From Macrostomum hystrix (lineage: Eukaryota; Animalia; Platyhelminthes), in the NCBI GenBank assembly GCA_950097015.1, contig CATNEN010000008.1, positions 3,162,001 through 3,226,000 of the forward strand: 64,000 bases of DNA. The letters run 5' to 3'. A program made the position numbers and the translations under genes. Within the stretch, counting starts at the first letter, position 1. Each line of letters opens with the position of its first letter. Below, piece by piece: positions 37,501 through 48,755 of the stretch. The notes beneath the pieces are model-generated. The model did not search any database and was not told the origin of the DNA. It was given only the letters and a program-made list of their open reading frames with translations.

Positions 37501-40500
37501 GAGTCAAGTGGTTGCTGAGCACTCAAGATTCAGTGTGAGCTGCTCCCTGCACTGCGGAGTTGCTGGTCGATGTGCTGAAGCATCCGCCTTCGGTCGGCTG
37601 CAGCTGTGCCAACCGAATGACACCTGCACTGCAACTTCCAGGCTTGACTTGGGAGCAGCAACTGCAGCCCAGTCAGGAGTTTACAGGTGTCAAATAGGCT
37701 CAGTTGAGGCACAAACACATGTGACTGTGCTGTGTGAGTAGATAAACTCGTGAAATAATTTACTAGCAAAATCCATTGAATTTTGTTTGACCATCTCAAA
37801 CTGCAGCAATTACGCCTCATCAAGTAGTGGCTGAGGGTTCGAATCTAACTGTGAGCTGCAACTCGCACTGCAAGGCACACTGCAGCAGTTTTGAGAAGCC
37901 ACAGATCTGCATGCCTAACGCTAGCTGCAAAGATGATGTGCAGGTGAAAATTATCGGAGTGACGGCTGAGCACTCGGGATCATACTCATGCAGGCTTCAA
38001 TCGGCTCGAGCTGCTTCTGTCGTTACCGTTCTCAGTGAGCAGCTCATAGACATATTTTTTGTGTTTTCTTATCTAGAAATAGTAGAGTTGGGGATCGGCG
38101 AGTTGGGGATCGGCGAGTTGGGGATCGGCGAGTTGGGGATCGGCGAGTTGGGGATCGGCGAGTTGGGGATCGGAGAGTTGGGGATCGGCGAGTTGGGGAT
38201 CGGCGAGTTGGGGATCGGCGAGTTGGGGATCGGCGAGTTGGGGATCGGCGAGTTGGGGATCGGCGAGTTGGGGATCGGCGAGTTAGGGATCAGCGAGTTG
38301 GGGATCGGCAAGTTGGGGATCGGCGAGTTGGGGATCGGCGAGTTTGGGATCGGAGAGTTGGGGATCGGCGAGTTGGGGATCGGCGAGTTGGGGATCGGCG
38401 AGTTGGGGATCGGAGAGTTGGGGATCGGGGAGTTGGTGATCAGCGAGTTGGGGATCGGCGAGTTAGGGATCTGCGAGTTGGGGAACGGCGAGTTGGGGAT
38501 CGGCGAGTTGGGGATCGGCGAGTTGGGGATCGGCGAGTTGGGGATCAGCGAGTTAAGAATCAGCGAGTTGGGGATCGGCGAGTTGGGGATCGGAGAGTTG
38601 GGGATCGGGGAGTTAGGGACCGGCGAGTTGAGGATCAGCGAGTTGGGGATCGGCTAGTTGGGGTTCGGCGAGTTGGGGATCGGCGAGTTGGAAATCGGAG
38701 AGTTGGCGATCGGCGAGTTGGGGATCGGCAAGTTAATGATCGGCGAGTTAAGGATCAGCGAGTTGGGGATCGGAGAGTTGGGGATTGGGGAGTTGGGATC
38801 AGCGAGTAGGGACCAGCGAGTTGAGGATCAGCGAGTTGGGGATCGGCGAGTTGGGGATCGGAGAGTTGGGCGTCGGCGAGTTGGGGATCAGCGAGTTGGG
38901 ATTGTTGAGTTGGGGATTCGAACTCCTGACGTCCTAGTTGGGAGTCCGAAACTCCCACCCCTGGGCAACAGGCTTCAGTTTAATTAGTAATTTTCAAAAC
39001 TTCAGCGCCTTCTCCTAGCCGAGTTGTGGCTGAGAATTCGAGCTTCTCGGTGAGCTGCTCACTGCACTGCGGTGCTGCATCCTGGTGCTCAAAGCCTGCA
39101 GCCTTCAACCGGCTGCAGCTCTGCGCTCCCAATGGCAGTTGCACATCTGGATTCCGTGAGCTGAAGATCAGCGCGGCTAGTCCTGATCACTCAGGAATCT
39201 ACAGGTGCATTGTGGGCCCTGTTGTGGCGCCTACAAGGGTGACAGTACTTTGTGAGTTGCTGTGACTTATCTCAACTGAGACTGAAGTAGCTCATGGACA
39301 TTAATGGGTGAGACTCGCTACAGCAATATACTCTGACAATTGCAGCTTCCTCTCCCAGTCAAATAGTCACTGAGAACTCAAGCTTCACTGTGAGCTGCTC
39401 CATTCACTGTGGAAGTACTGGCCACTGCAGCCATTCAGACCAGCTGCTTCTGTGTGACCCCACTGGCAGCTGTACTGCAGAGCGACAGAAGCTGATAGTT
39501 AGAGCACAGACTCAAAACTGCGGAACATACGTCTGCAAGCTTGGCTTCGTGCAGAAATCAAGTGCGGTCTTCTTACTCAGTGAGCTGTTGTTCTGCCTAG
39601 GCAGTCTTTGTTTCTTGAATCAGTGAGCTGTGGTCCATTCAAAGCAGTCTTTGTTTATTGTCTCAGTTAAGCAGTATTTGTTTATTGACTCGGTGACCTG
39701 TGGTCCATTCAATGCAGTCTTTGTTTCTTGAATCAGTGAGCTGTGGTCCATTCAAAGCAGTCTTTGTTTATTGTCTCAGTTAAGCAGTCTTTGTTTATTG
39801 ACTCGGTGAGCTGTGGTACAGTCTAAGCAGTATTTGTTTATTGACTCAGTGACCTGTGGTCCATTCAATGCAGTCTTTGTTTCTTGACTCAGTGAGCAGT
39901 GGTCTAGTCTAAGCAGTCTTTGTTTCTTGACTCAGTGAGCTGTGCTCTAGTCTCAGCAGTCTTTGTTTATTGACTCAGTTTAGCAGTCCTTCTTTCTTGA
40001 CTCATTAAGCTGTGGTCCATTCAAAGCAGTCTTTGTTTATTGTCTCAGTTAAGCAGTCTTTGTTTCTTGACTCGGTGAGCTGTGGTACAGTCTAAGCAGT
40101 ATTTGTTTATTGACTCAGTGACCTGTGGTCCATTCTAAGCAGTCTTTGTTCATTGACTCAGTGGGATTTTATCAAAGACTTTGCCGACTTACATTTCCAG
40201 AATCTTCTCCTCATCAGACTATCGCTGAGCACTCCAGCCTCAATCTGAGCTGCTCTGTCCACTGCGGAGGTGCTACAGAATGTGCAGAATCCTCCGCATT
40301 CGGCCACCTGCGACTGTGCCAACCCAATGGCTCCTGCACTGCGACTTCAAGGCTCGAAGTCACAGCCGCAACACCTGCTCAGTCAGGAGTTTACCTGTGC
40401 CAGCTTGGCTCAGCTGCTGCACAAATGCGAGTGGCTGTGCTGTGTGAGTTACTCTGCGAATCTTCTCCAACCAGATCGATATTGAGGATGCTTCTGGGGA

Positions 40501-43500
40501 CTGTACCATTTATTATTCATTCAATCAACTTCAGCATTGAGTCCTCCTCAAGTGGTGGCTGAGGCATCCAGCTTCACGGTGAAATGCTGGTTGCATTCCG
40601 GTAACTTCAGCAGCACGGAAAAGCCTCAACTGTGCGCTCCGACTGGCAGCTGCTCAGCAGACTCTGAGTTCAATGTTAGACGCGCCAGTCGGACGGACTC
40701 TGGCACCTACAGGTGCCGACATGGCTCGCTCGAAGTCCAATCGATTGTTTCAGTATTGTGTAAGATCTTTTTACTAGTAGATTGTGAGTACGTGATTGTT
40801 TTATGCCTAATGCGACAATAAACTCTTTTCATAGCGACATCGGCGAACAAGATCGTCGCGGAAAACTCCACCTTGACGGTGCTGTGCACACTGTTCTCAG
40901 CCGGTGGATTAAATCGGAGCACGAATTCGGATGACACGCAGATCTGCAGTCCGAGCGGCCGCTGTACATCGGGTCCCGAACTGGAAATTTCCCGCGCGGG
41001 TTTCGAGCACTCTGGAAGCTACTCGTGCAGTTTCAAGGCTGTACGAAAGTTGACTACGATCATCCTGCTTAGTGAGTTTCTGCGCGGGGTGTCCCAAAAG
41101 TTCCCGGAATTTCTATCATAGCTTGTGCAATGTCAATCCTCACGGGTGTTGAGTCCCATCAAGGCTTTGTTACGCAGAAAAAGAAACGACACTTTGTCAC
41201 TGACACTCCCAGAGTCTTCACCGAGTCAAGTGGTTGCTGAGCACTCAAGATTCAGTGTGAGCTGCTCCCTGCACTGCGGAGTTGCTGGTCGATGTGCTGA
41301 AGCATCCGCCTTCGGTCGGCTGCAGCTGTGCCAACCGAATGACACCTGCACTGCAACTTCCAGGCTTGACTTGGGAGCAGCAACTGCAGCCCAGTCAGGA
41401 GTTTACAGGTGTCAAATAGGCTCAGTTGAGGCACAAACACATGTGACTGTGCTGTGTGAGTAGATAAACTCGTGAAATAATTTACTAGCAAAATCCATTG
41501 AATTTTGTTTGACCATCTCAAACTGCAGCAATTACGCCTCATCAAGTAGTGGCTGAGGGTTCGAATCTAACTGTGAGCTGCAACTCGCACTGCAAGGCAC
41601 ACTGCAGCAGTTTTGAGAAGCCACAGATCTGCATGCCTAACGCTAGCTGCAAAGATGATGTGCAGGTGAAAATTATCGGAGTGACGGCTGAGCACTCGGG
41701 ATCATACTCATGCAGGCTTCAATCGGCTCGAGCTGCTTCTGTCGTTACCGTTCTCAGTGAGCAGCTCATAGACATATTTTGCTTTGTGTTTTCTTATCTA
41801 GAAATAGTAGAGTTGGGGATCGGCGAGTTAGGGATCGGCGAGTTGGGGATCAGGGAGCTGAGGATCGGCTAGTTGGGGATCGGCGAGTTGGGGATCGGCG
41901 AGTTGGGGATCAGGGAGCTGAGGATCGGCTAGTTGGGGATTGGCGAGTTGGTGATCGGCGAGTTGGGGATCGGCGAGTTGGGGATCGGCGAGTTGGGGAT
42001 CGGCGAGTTGGGGATCGGCGAGTTGCGGATCGGCGAGTTGGGGATCGGCGAGTTGGGGATCGGCGAGTTGGGGATCGGCGAGTTGGGGATCGGCGAGTTG
42101 GGGATCGGCGAGTTGGGGATCGGCGAGTTGGGGATCGGCTAATAGACATTTTTTGCTTTGTCTTTACTTTTTAAAAAATATATTTGGACAACTAAAACGC
42201 TGACAGCAACGGCTCCCGTTCAGATCGGTTCCCTGTTCAGGTCGGCATGCAGAAAATAGGTTATCTGTACTGGGCTTCACTGTCTGATCAGCAAGACTTT
42301 ATTATCTCGAATTTAGTAACCGATTCGACTTATACAGTGGCCGCGTTATCAATGCAAAAATGAATAACAAGGTGTTGGAAAACTGTCTCCTGACCTCAAA
42401 AACATAGACATAAATAGACACAGGGTGAACTTCTGGAGACAAAGGGTTGAGAAATCTGTAAAACCTAGTAATTTCTGTCATAAGTTTAAGAAGGATTTTA
42501 CTACGGATAAATATTTATATTCAGAGTATGTTCGATGTAATAATATTGCTAATACAAAATACTTTTGTTTCAGCTTCGTCTCGCGACCAAATTGTTGCGG
42601 TAAACTCAAGCTTTAGTGTCGCCTGTTCGCTGTACGTCAATGGAACGCCAATGAGTCTAGGCAAGGGCGAGCTACAGGTGCAGGCTTGCTTTCCAAACGG
42701 TAGCTGCGAATTCGGGCAGGTGTTGAGAATAGCAAAAGCTGAGCCCGAGCTCGCTGGACTCTATGTGTGCAGATTCGGATCCATTGAGAAGTCATGCTCA
42801 GTCACTGTGCTGTGTGAGTAGGAGCTGGTGTTGGCAATGGAATGTTATTAAATTAAATTTCTTCTCGCCGCCCCATAACACCGATGAGAACAGTTGCATC
42901 ATCGAGTTGAATCGAATGGTGCGACAGCACCAATTATCCTCATTTTATCCTCTTCGCAGCCCTTTCATCATATTTTTTCTGCACAGATCCGCCAAAAAAT
43001 GTTTCAATAACGTTCCTGAATTCGCACAACTGTACAAGCCTGACAGACCTGACCGTACAGCTCAGGTCTTCCGCCTGTCAGCCGGCGCCAGAGCACAGGT
43101 GCAGAGCCGATGAGGGACACGGAACTGGAGTGCGAAATCTGACATGCTTGTCAATGGTGAGCAGCGCATTGCTGAATTCAAGGACTGAAAGTGTACACAG
43201 GACTCAGAGCTAGACTTCTCATTGCAGACTAGGACCGAGCAAGGGTGCAGTTAGTGAATGGGCTGTCACGACTGGTGAAGATGAACAGAGCATCGACTGG
43301 AGAGCCGGCTCAGTCGGTTGCTCAGTTGAGCAGGCCGACCTAACGGACAACGGATACGAATTCTTCATTCATAGAACAGCGGAATGGAGCTGCTCAATTG
43401 ACTCGACCATTGTGACTGCGACCAAAAGTGCTTCCATTGTTGGTCTCTGTGCGCTTGTCATGGCTGCTCTTCTCATGCTACTCATGATCATTGTAAGTTT

Positions 43501-46500
43501 TTAGGTCTGTGAACTAACATTCGGGAGTCAAGCAGCAGAACGAAATCATACAGACTGGAAATAATTCAGACCTGACACATCCTGAACCTGACACTTCCTG
43601 AACCTGACACTTCCTGAACCTGACACTTCCTGAACCTGACACTTCCTGAACCTGACACTTCCTGAACCTGACACTTCCTGAACCTGAGACTTCCTGAACC
43701 TGACACTTCCTGAACCTGACACTTCCTGAACCTGACACTTCTTGAACCTGACACTTCCTGAACCTGACACTTCCTGAACCTGAATCTTCCTGAACCTGAT
43801 ACTTCCTGAACCTGACACTTCCTGAACCTGACACTTCCTGAACCTGACACTTCCTGAACCTGACACTTCATGAACCTGACACTTCCTGAACCTGACACTT
43901 CCTGAACCTGACACTTCCTGAACCTGACACTTCCTGAACCTGAATCTTCATGAACCTGACACTTCCTGAACCTGACACTTCCTGAACCTGACACTTCCTG
44001 AACCTGACACTTCCTGAACCTGACACTTCCTGAACCTGACACTTCCTGAACCTGACACTTCCTGAACCTGACACTTCCTGAACCTGACACTTCCTGAACC
44101 TGACACTTCATGAACCTGACTCTTCCTGAACCTGACACTTCCTGAACCTGCGACTTCCTGAACCTGACACTTCCTGAACCTGCGACTTCCTGAACCTGAC
44201 ACTTTCTGAACCTGACACTTCCTGAACCTGAATCTTCCTGAACCTGAGACTTCCTGAACCTGAATCTTCCTGAACCTAACACTTCCTGAACCTGACACTT
44301 CCTGAACCTGAATCTTCCTGAACCTGACACTTCCTGAACCTGACACTTCCTGAACCTGAATCTTCCTGAACCTGACACTTCCTGAACCTGACACTTCCTG
44401 AACCTGACACTTCCTGAACCTGACACTTCCTGAACCTGACACTTCATGAACCTGACACTTCCTGAACCTGACACTTCCTGAACCTGCGACTTCCTGAACC
44501 TGACACTTCCTGAACCTGAATCTTCCTGAACCTGAGACTTCCTGAACCTGAATCTTCCTGAACCTGACACTTCCTGAACCTGACACTTCCTGAACCTGAC
44601 ACTTCATGAACCTGACACTTCCTGAACCTGACACTTCCTGAACCTGAGACTTCCTGAACCTGACACTTCCTGAACCTGAATCTTCCTGAACCTGACACTT
44701 CCTGAACCTGACACTTCCTGAACCTGACACTTCATGAACCTGACACTTCCTGAACCTGACACTTCCTGAACCTGACACTTCCTAAACCTGACACTTCCTG
44801 AACCTGACACTTCTGAACCTGACACTTCCTAAACCTGACACTTCCTGAACCTGACACTTCCTGAACCTGACACTTCCTGAACCTGACACTTCCTGAACCT
44901 GACACTTCCTGAACCTGACACTTCCTGAACCTGACACTTCCTGAACCTGACACTTCATGAACCTGACACTTCCTGAACCTGACACTTCCTGAACCTGACA
45001 CTTCCTGAACCTGACACTTCCTGAACCTGACACTTCCTGAACCTGACACTTCCTGAACCTGACACTTCATGAACCTGACACTTCCTGAACCTGACACTTC
45101 CTGAACCTGCGACTTCCTGAACCTGACACTTCCTGAACCTGCGACTTCCTGAACCTGACACTTTCTGAACCTGACACTTCCTGAACCTGAATCTTCCTGA
45201 ACCTGAGACTTCCTGAACCTGAATCTTCCTGAACCTGACACTTCCTGAACCTGACACTTCCTGAACCTGAATCTTCCTGAACCTGACACTTCCTGAACCT
45301 GACACTTCCTGAACCTGAATCTTCCTGAACCTGACACTTCCTGAACCTGACACTTCCTGAACCTGACACTTCCTGAACCTGACACTTCCTGAACCTGACA
45401 CTTCATGAACCTGACACTTCCTGAACCTGACACTTCCTGAACCTGCGACTTCCTGAACCTGACACTTCCTGAACCTGAATCTTCCTGAACCTGAGACTTT
45501 CTGAACCTGACACTTCCTGAACCTGAATCTTCCTGAACCTGAGACTTCCTGAACCTGAATCTTCCTGAACCTGACACTTCCTGAACCTGACACTTCCTGA
45601 ACCTGAATCTTCCTGAACCTGACACTTCCTGAACCTGACACTTCCTGAACCTGAATCTTCCTGAACCTGACACTTCCTGAACCTGACACTTCCTGAACCT
45701 GACACTTCCTAAACCTGACACTTCCTGAACCTGACACTTTCTGAACCTGACACTTCCTAAACCTGACACTTCCTGAACCTGACACTTCCTGAACCTGAGA
45801 CTTCCTGAACCTGACACTTCCTGAACCTGAATCTTCCTGAACCTGACACTTCCTGAACCTGACACTTCCTGAACCTGACACTTCATGAACCTGACACTTC
45901 CTGAACCTGACACTTCCTGAACCTGACACTTCCTAAACCTGACACTTCCTGAACCTGACACTTTCTGAACCTGACACTTCCTAAACCTGACACTTCCTAA
46001 ACCTGACACTTCCTGAACCTGACACTTCCTGAACCTGAGACTTCCTGAACCTGACACTTCCTGAACCTGAGACTTCCTGAACCTGACACTTCCTGAACCT
46101 GACACTTCCTGAACCTGACACTTCCTAAACCTGACACTTCCTGAACCTGACACTTTCTGAACCTGACACTTCCTGAACCTGACACTTCCTGAACCTGACA
46201 CTTCCTGAACCTGCGACTTCCTGAACCTGACACTTTCTGAACCTGACACTTCCTGAACCTGACACTTCCTGAACCTGACACTTCCTGAACCTGACACTTC
46301 CTGAACCTGACACTTCCTGAACCTGACACTTCCTGAACCTGAATCTTCCTGAACCTGACACTTCCTGAACCTGACACTTCCTGAACCTGAATCTTCCTGA
46401 ACCTGACACTTCCTGAACCTGACACTTCCTGAACCTGAATCTTCCTGAACCTGACACTTCCTGAACCTGACACTTCCTGAACCTGAGACTTCCCCAAACC

Positions 46501-46978
46501 CTGAGACTTCCCGAACCCTGAGATTTCCTAAACTCGATAAATCAAAAAAGCAAAACTAAAATTATTCTCTAGATGCTACATTACACACAATACTCATTTT
46601 TCAAAATCAATCTCTAGCTAAAGCCTAGAACAGCCAGGACCTCAACTGCTGAAGTAAACCTGGTCGATATGCAGCCGAGTACCTGTGCAGCTCCTGTGTC
46701 GTCTACAGATCCCGCCAAAGCAGTGCTCAATGAGGAGCCAGTAAGTGTTGCTTCTAAATATTGTTGTGAACTTTATTCTACTTTTAGTAGAATATAAAGT
46801 GACACCTATCTGAACCAGCAATACCTGGTGCTTTCAGGCGCACAGTTACTTTCGCTGTAACACTCCCGAGTGCACCTACATGTCTGTGATTCCTGGCCCA
46901 ATGGCCGCAACAGATTCTCCAATAGATCCGCACAGCGACAGCACCCTGTTTATTGAAATTGTAGCCGATCGAGACTAA
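31541..46978 (+). CDS. G5: large receptor SP-FTLD-Ig-FTLD-11Ig-proximal domain-TM-class B tail (two apparent +1 frameshifts)
   Basis: SP 31541-31610 MSKVRLALFLLLSVLCTPSSQLD; FTLD1 32006-32248, 33151-33371, 33453-33537; Ig 34495-34735; FTLD2 34826-35053, 35167-35375, 36435-36525; Ig 36606-36844, 37491-37733, 37807-38034, 39006-39251, 39346-39579, 40201-40443, 40535-40759, 40835-41071, 41213-41455, 41529-41756, 42574-42813; proximal 42987-43156; TM exon about 43214-43492 (acceptor uncertain); 46618-46740; tail 46838-46978 ...PECTYMSV...HSDSTLFIEIVADRD*. Extra bases near 34728 and 36654 may be real lesions or assembly errors. Confidence 0.75.
32310..32616. mobile_element. MITE-like insertion with a 12-bp flanking direct repeat and an internal 17-bp GC-rich array
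   Basis: GGTTGTAGCCTA at 32310-32321 and 32605-32616; ends AGTGGCGTAG...CTAGGCCCCT; (GGGGGCGCCACTCCCAC)n at about 32366-32520. Confidence 0.5.
32616..32942 (-). mobile_element. tRNA-derived SINE family 1, most complete copy
   Basis: On the minus strand: A-box-like TGGCCGAGTGG and B-box-like GAGTTCGATTCC head, a body with the hairpin TGTACACTGCCTGAC-GATGAGAAA-GTCAGGGCAGATGTACA, and a (TAT)n-like tail. Other copies at 8601-8731, 30175-30455, 30460-30590, 31845-31985, 35455-35795, 49690-49810 and 58755-59030. Confidence 0.7.
33595..34377. repeat. 23-24-bp array GAAACCTGGG(G/A)TTGCAGGGAGAC..
   Basis: Direct tandem units with variants. Confidence 0.95.
35455..35795 (-). mobile_element. SINE family 1 copy
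   Basis: Aligns by eye with 32616-32942. Confidence 0.7.
36920..37330. repeat. Adjacent 21-bp (GGATGGATACAATGACGTTTG) and 30-bp (CATGGACAAGCTGCATACAG..) arrays
   Basis: About 36920-37050 and 37095-37330. Confidence 0.92.
37447..38095 (+). repeat. Two-Ig-exon cassette duplicated almost exactly at 41169-41820
   Basis: Identical translated ORFs (37530- vs 41252-; 37827+ vs 41549+); both copies are followed by the GAGTTGGGGATCGGC repeat. Confidence 0.92.
38083..38915. repeat. 15-bp array GAGTTGGGGATCGGC (also at 37365-37447 and 41808-42140)
   Basis: Direct tandem units; three separate blocks in G5 introns. Confidence 0.95.
39600..40165. repeat. Degenerate array built on AAGCAGTCTTTGTTT..TTGACTCAGT
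   Basis: Recurrent motif with variable spacing. Confidence 0.85.
41169..41820 (+). repeat. Second copy of the two-Ig-exon cassette (partner 37447-38095)
   Basis: Sequence identity seen directly, including the intron between the two exons. Confidence 0.92.
43565..46490. repeat. 16-bp array CCTGAACCTGACACTT (~2.9 kb)
   Basis: Fills the intron after the G5 TM exon. Confidence 0.97.
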
Positions 46979-48321
46979 AACAATTACGATGCCACTTGAA
47001 TGTACTCCTGCTATATACTCCTGCTACCAGCAAGTAGGTTGTGTCTAAACCTGCATCACATAGTAAATTACTAACACTACAACTGTCTCACGCCATTTTC
47101 GCTCACTATAACATTTTTTTATTTTTTTGTCTTTACTTTTCTACTAGTTAGTAGTACAATACGCATTCGCTCGTATCAAGGAGACGCTATCTCTAGAACT
47201 TTAAATATATACTTCGCGTATCTTCAGAGCTCCCCTTGGCTTGTATTCAGTTAAGACTTAATACACTAGCCGCTTACTTCAAAGAGTTCAATAGTTTCAA
47301 AACTACTCTTTTCCGACAAATCATGAATGCCCATTGGACGTCTATCCTGAGACTCAATTTATTTAGTCTACAGCACTAGATAAGGCGGGGTTGGAGGGTT
47401 AGAAGAGTGAGAGTGGGCCTGAGGGTAAGAGATGAAAAGGAGGGGTGAGGAAAGAGAGGCGAAGAGTGAGCCAATCAGAGACGAGGGAGGGAAGAGGGAA
47501 ATGAAGATTAGATAAGAAGCTGAACAGACGGAGGGAGAGAGGAGAGAGTGCAGTAAAAACGCGCGCAAAAACCCACGCCAACACACTGAGAAATTAGGAG
47601 AAGAAAATAGCAGTAACCATCACAATGCAGCTCATGATATTTGCGAGAGGGTTTTGGGTATCGGTTCATCATCGAAAGCTCAACCCCTTTGGTCCAGAGA
47701 GTCGAGAGAGAGGTCGGGAGAGGAAGCTCGAGAGAGTCGGTCATGAACGGGAGAACAGGAGAACATGGAAATTTTTTGGTTCCTGTGTTTGAGGCTATCA
47801 GTTGAAGTCCAGATTTGTTAGCCCGTTAATGATTCATGAATTGATTCATAGAATTGTGCAGAGATTCCATGTTAAACAGCAGAAAGTATAAACACAACCA
47901 GTATCCGCTGTGAGGGATGGCTATGAATACCAGCGTATTGCTGAATTTTTAACAATTAATACACCTAAACCAAATCTGTGACATTCTGTAAACTAAGCAA
48001 GCAGCCGCAGGTAGACTGTGATTGAGCTGTGACTGAGGCATGGGATTTGCAGCGCTAATCACACTGGTGACAGTCGCACTCTGCGTCAGCATCATCCTGG
48101 GTGACTGTGAGTGACTACGAGTACACATTGATTAACTTCAGTCAGCGCTAGCGTGGAAGTTGATCCGCTTCCGTCTCAGACAGTCAGGGGGCTGATGGAG
48201 CAGAGCCTCAGAGCCAGAGGGTTGGCCTCCCCGCCGTTATGACACCTGAGCACCCGACAAGCACGTGATCAGTGTTTGGTGCCTGCCTGACTGTTGTGCT
48301 CGACTCGTCCAAGGGAAGTGA

Positions 48322-48755
48322 GAGGAGAGGAGAGGAGAGGAGAGGAGAGGAGAGGAGAGGAGAGGAGAGGAGAGGAGAGGAGAGGAGAGGAGAGGAGAGG
48401 AGAGGAGAGGAGAGGAGAGGAGAGGAGAGGAGAGGAGAGGAGAGGAGAGGAGAGGAGAGGAGAGGAGAGGAGAGGAGAGGAGAGGAGAGGAGAGGAGAGG
48501 AGAGGAGAGAAGAGGAGAGAAGAGGAGAGAAGAGGAGAGGAGAGGAGAGTTCGTGAGTTCGTGAGTTCGTGAGTTCGTGAGTTCGTGAGTGAGTAAGTGA
48601 GTGAGTGAGTGAGTGAGTGAGTGAGTGAGTAAGTGAGTGAGTGAGTGAGTGAGTGAGTGAGTGAGTGAGTGAGTAAGTGAGTGAGTGAGTGAGTGAGTGA
48701 GTGAGTGAGTGAGTGAGTGAGTGAGTGAGTGAGTGAGTGAGTGAGTGAGTGAGTA
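48322..48755. repeat. Compound microsatellite (AGAGG)n-(GTTCGTGA)n-(GTGA)n
   Basis: Seen directly; the (GTGA)n tract recurs at 57408-57876. Confidence 0.95.

Noticed and set aside
37827-38987. GELGI collagen-like or pentapeptide-repeat protein
   Set aside because: 15-bp array downstream of a conserved Ig-exon donor (CTC A|GTGAGC); intronic.
43514-46497. Many long SGSGSVRFRKCQVQEV ORFs up to 521 aa
   Set aside because: 16-bp intronic array on the strand opposite G5; overlapping ORFs in all frames.
48130-48310. Extra exon in G6 intron 1
   Set aside because: Frames from the plausible acceptors hit stops and show no clear module homology.
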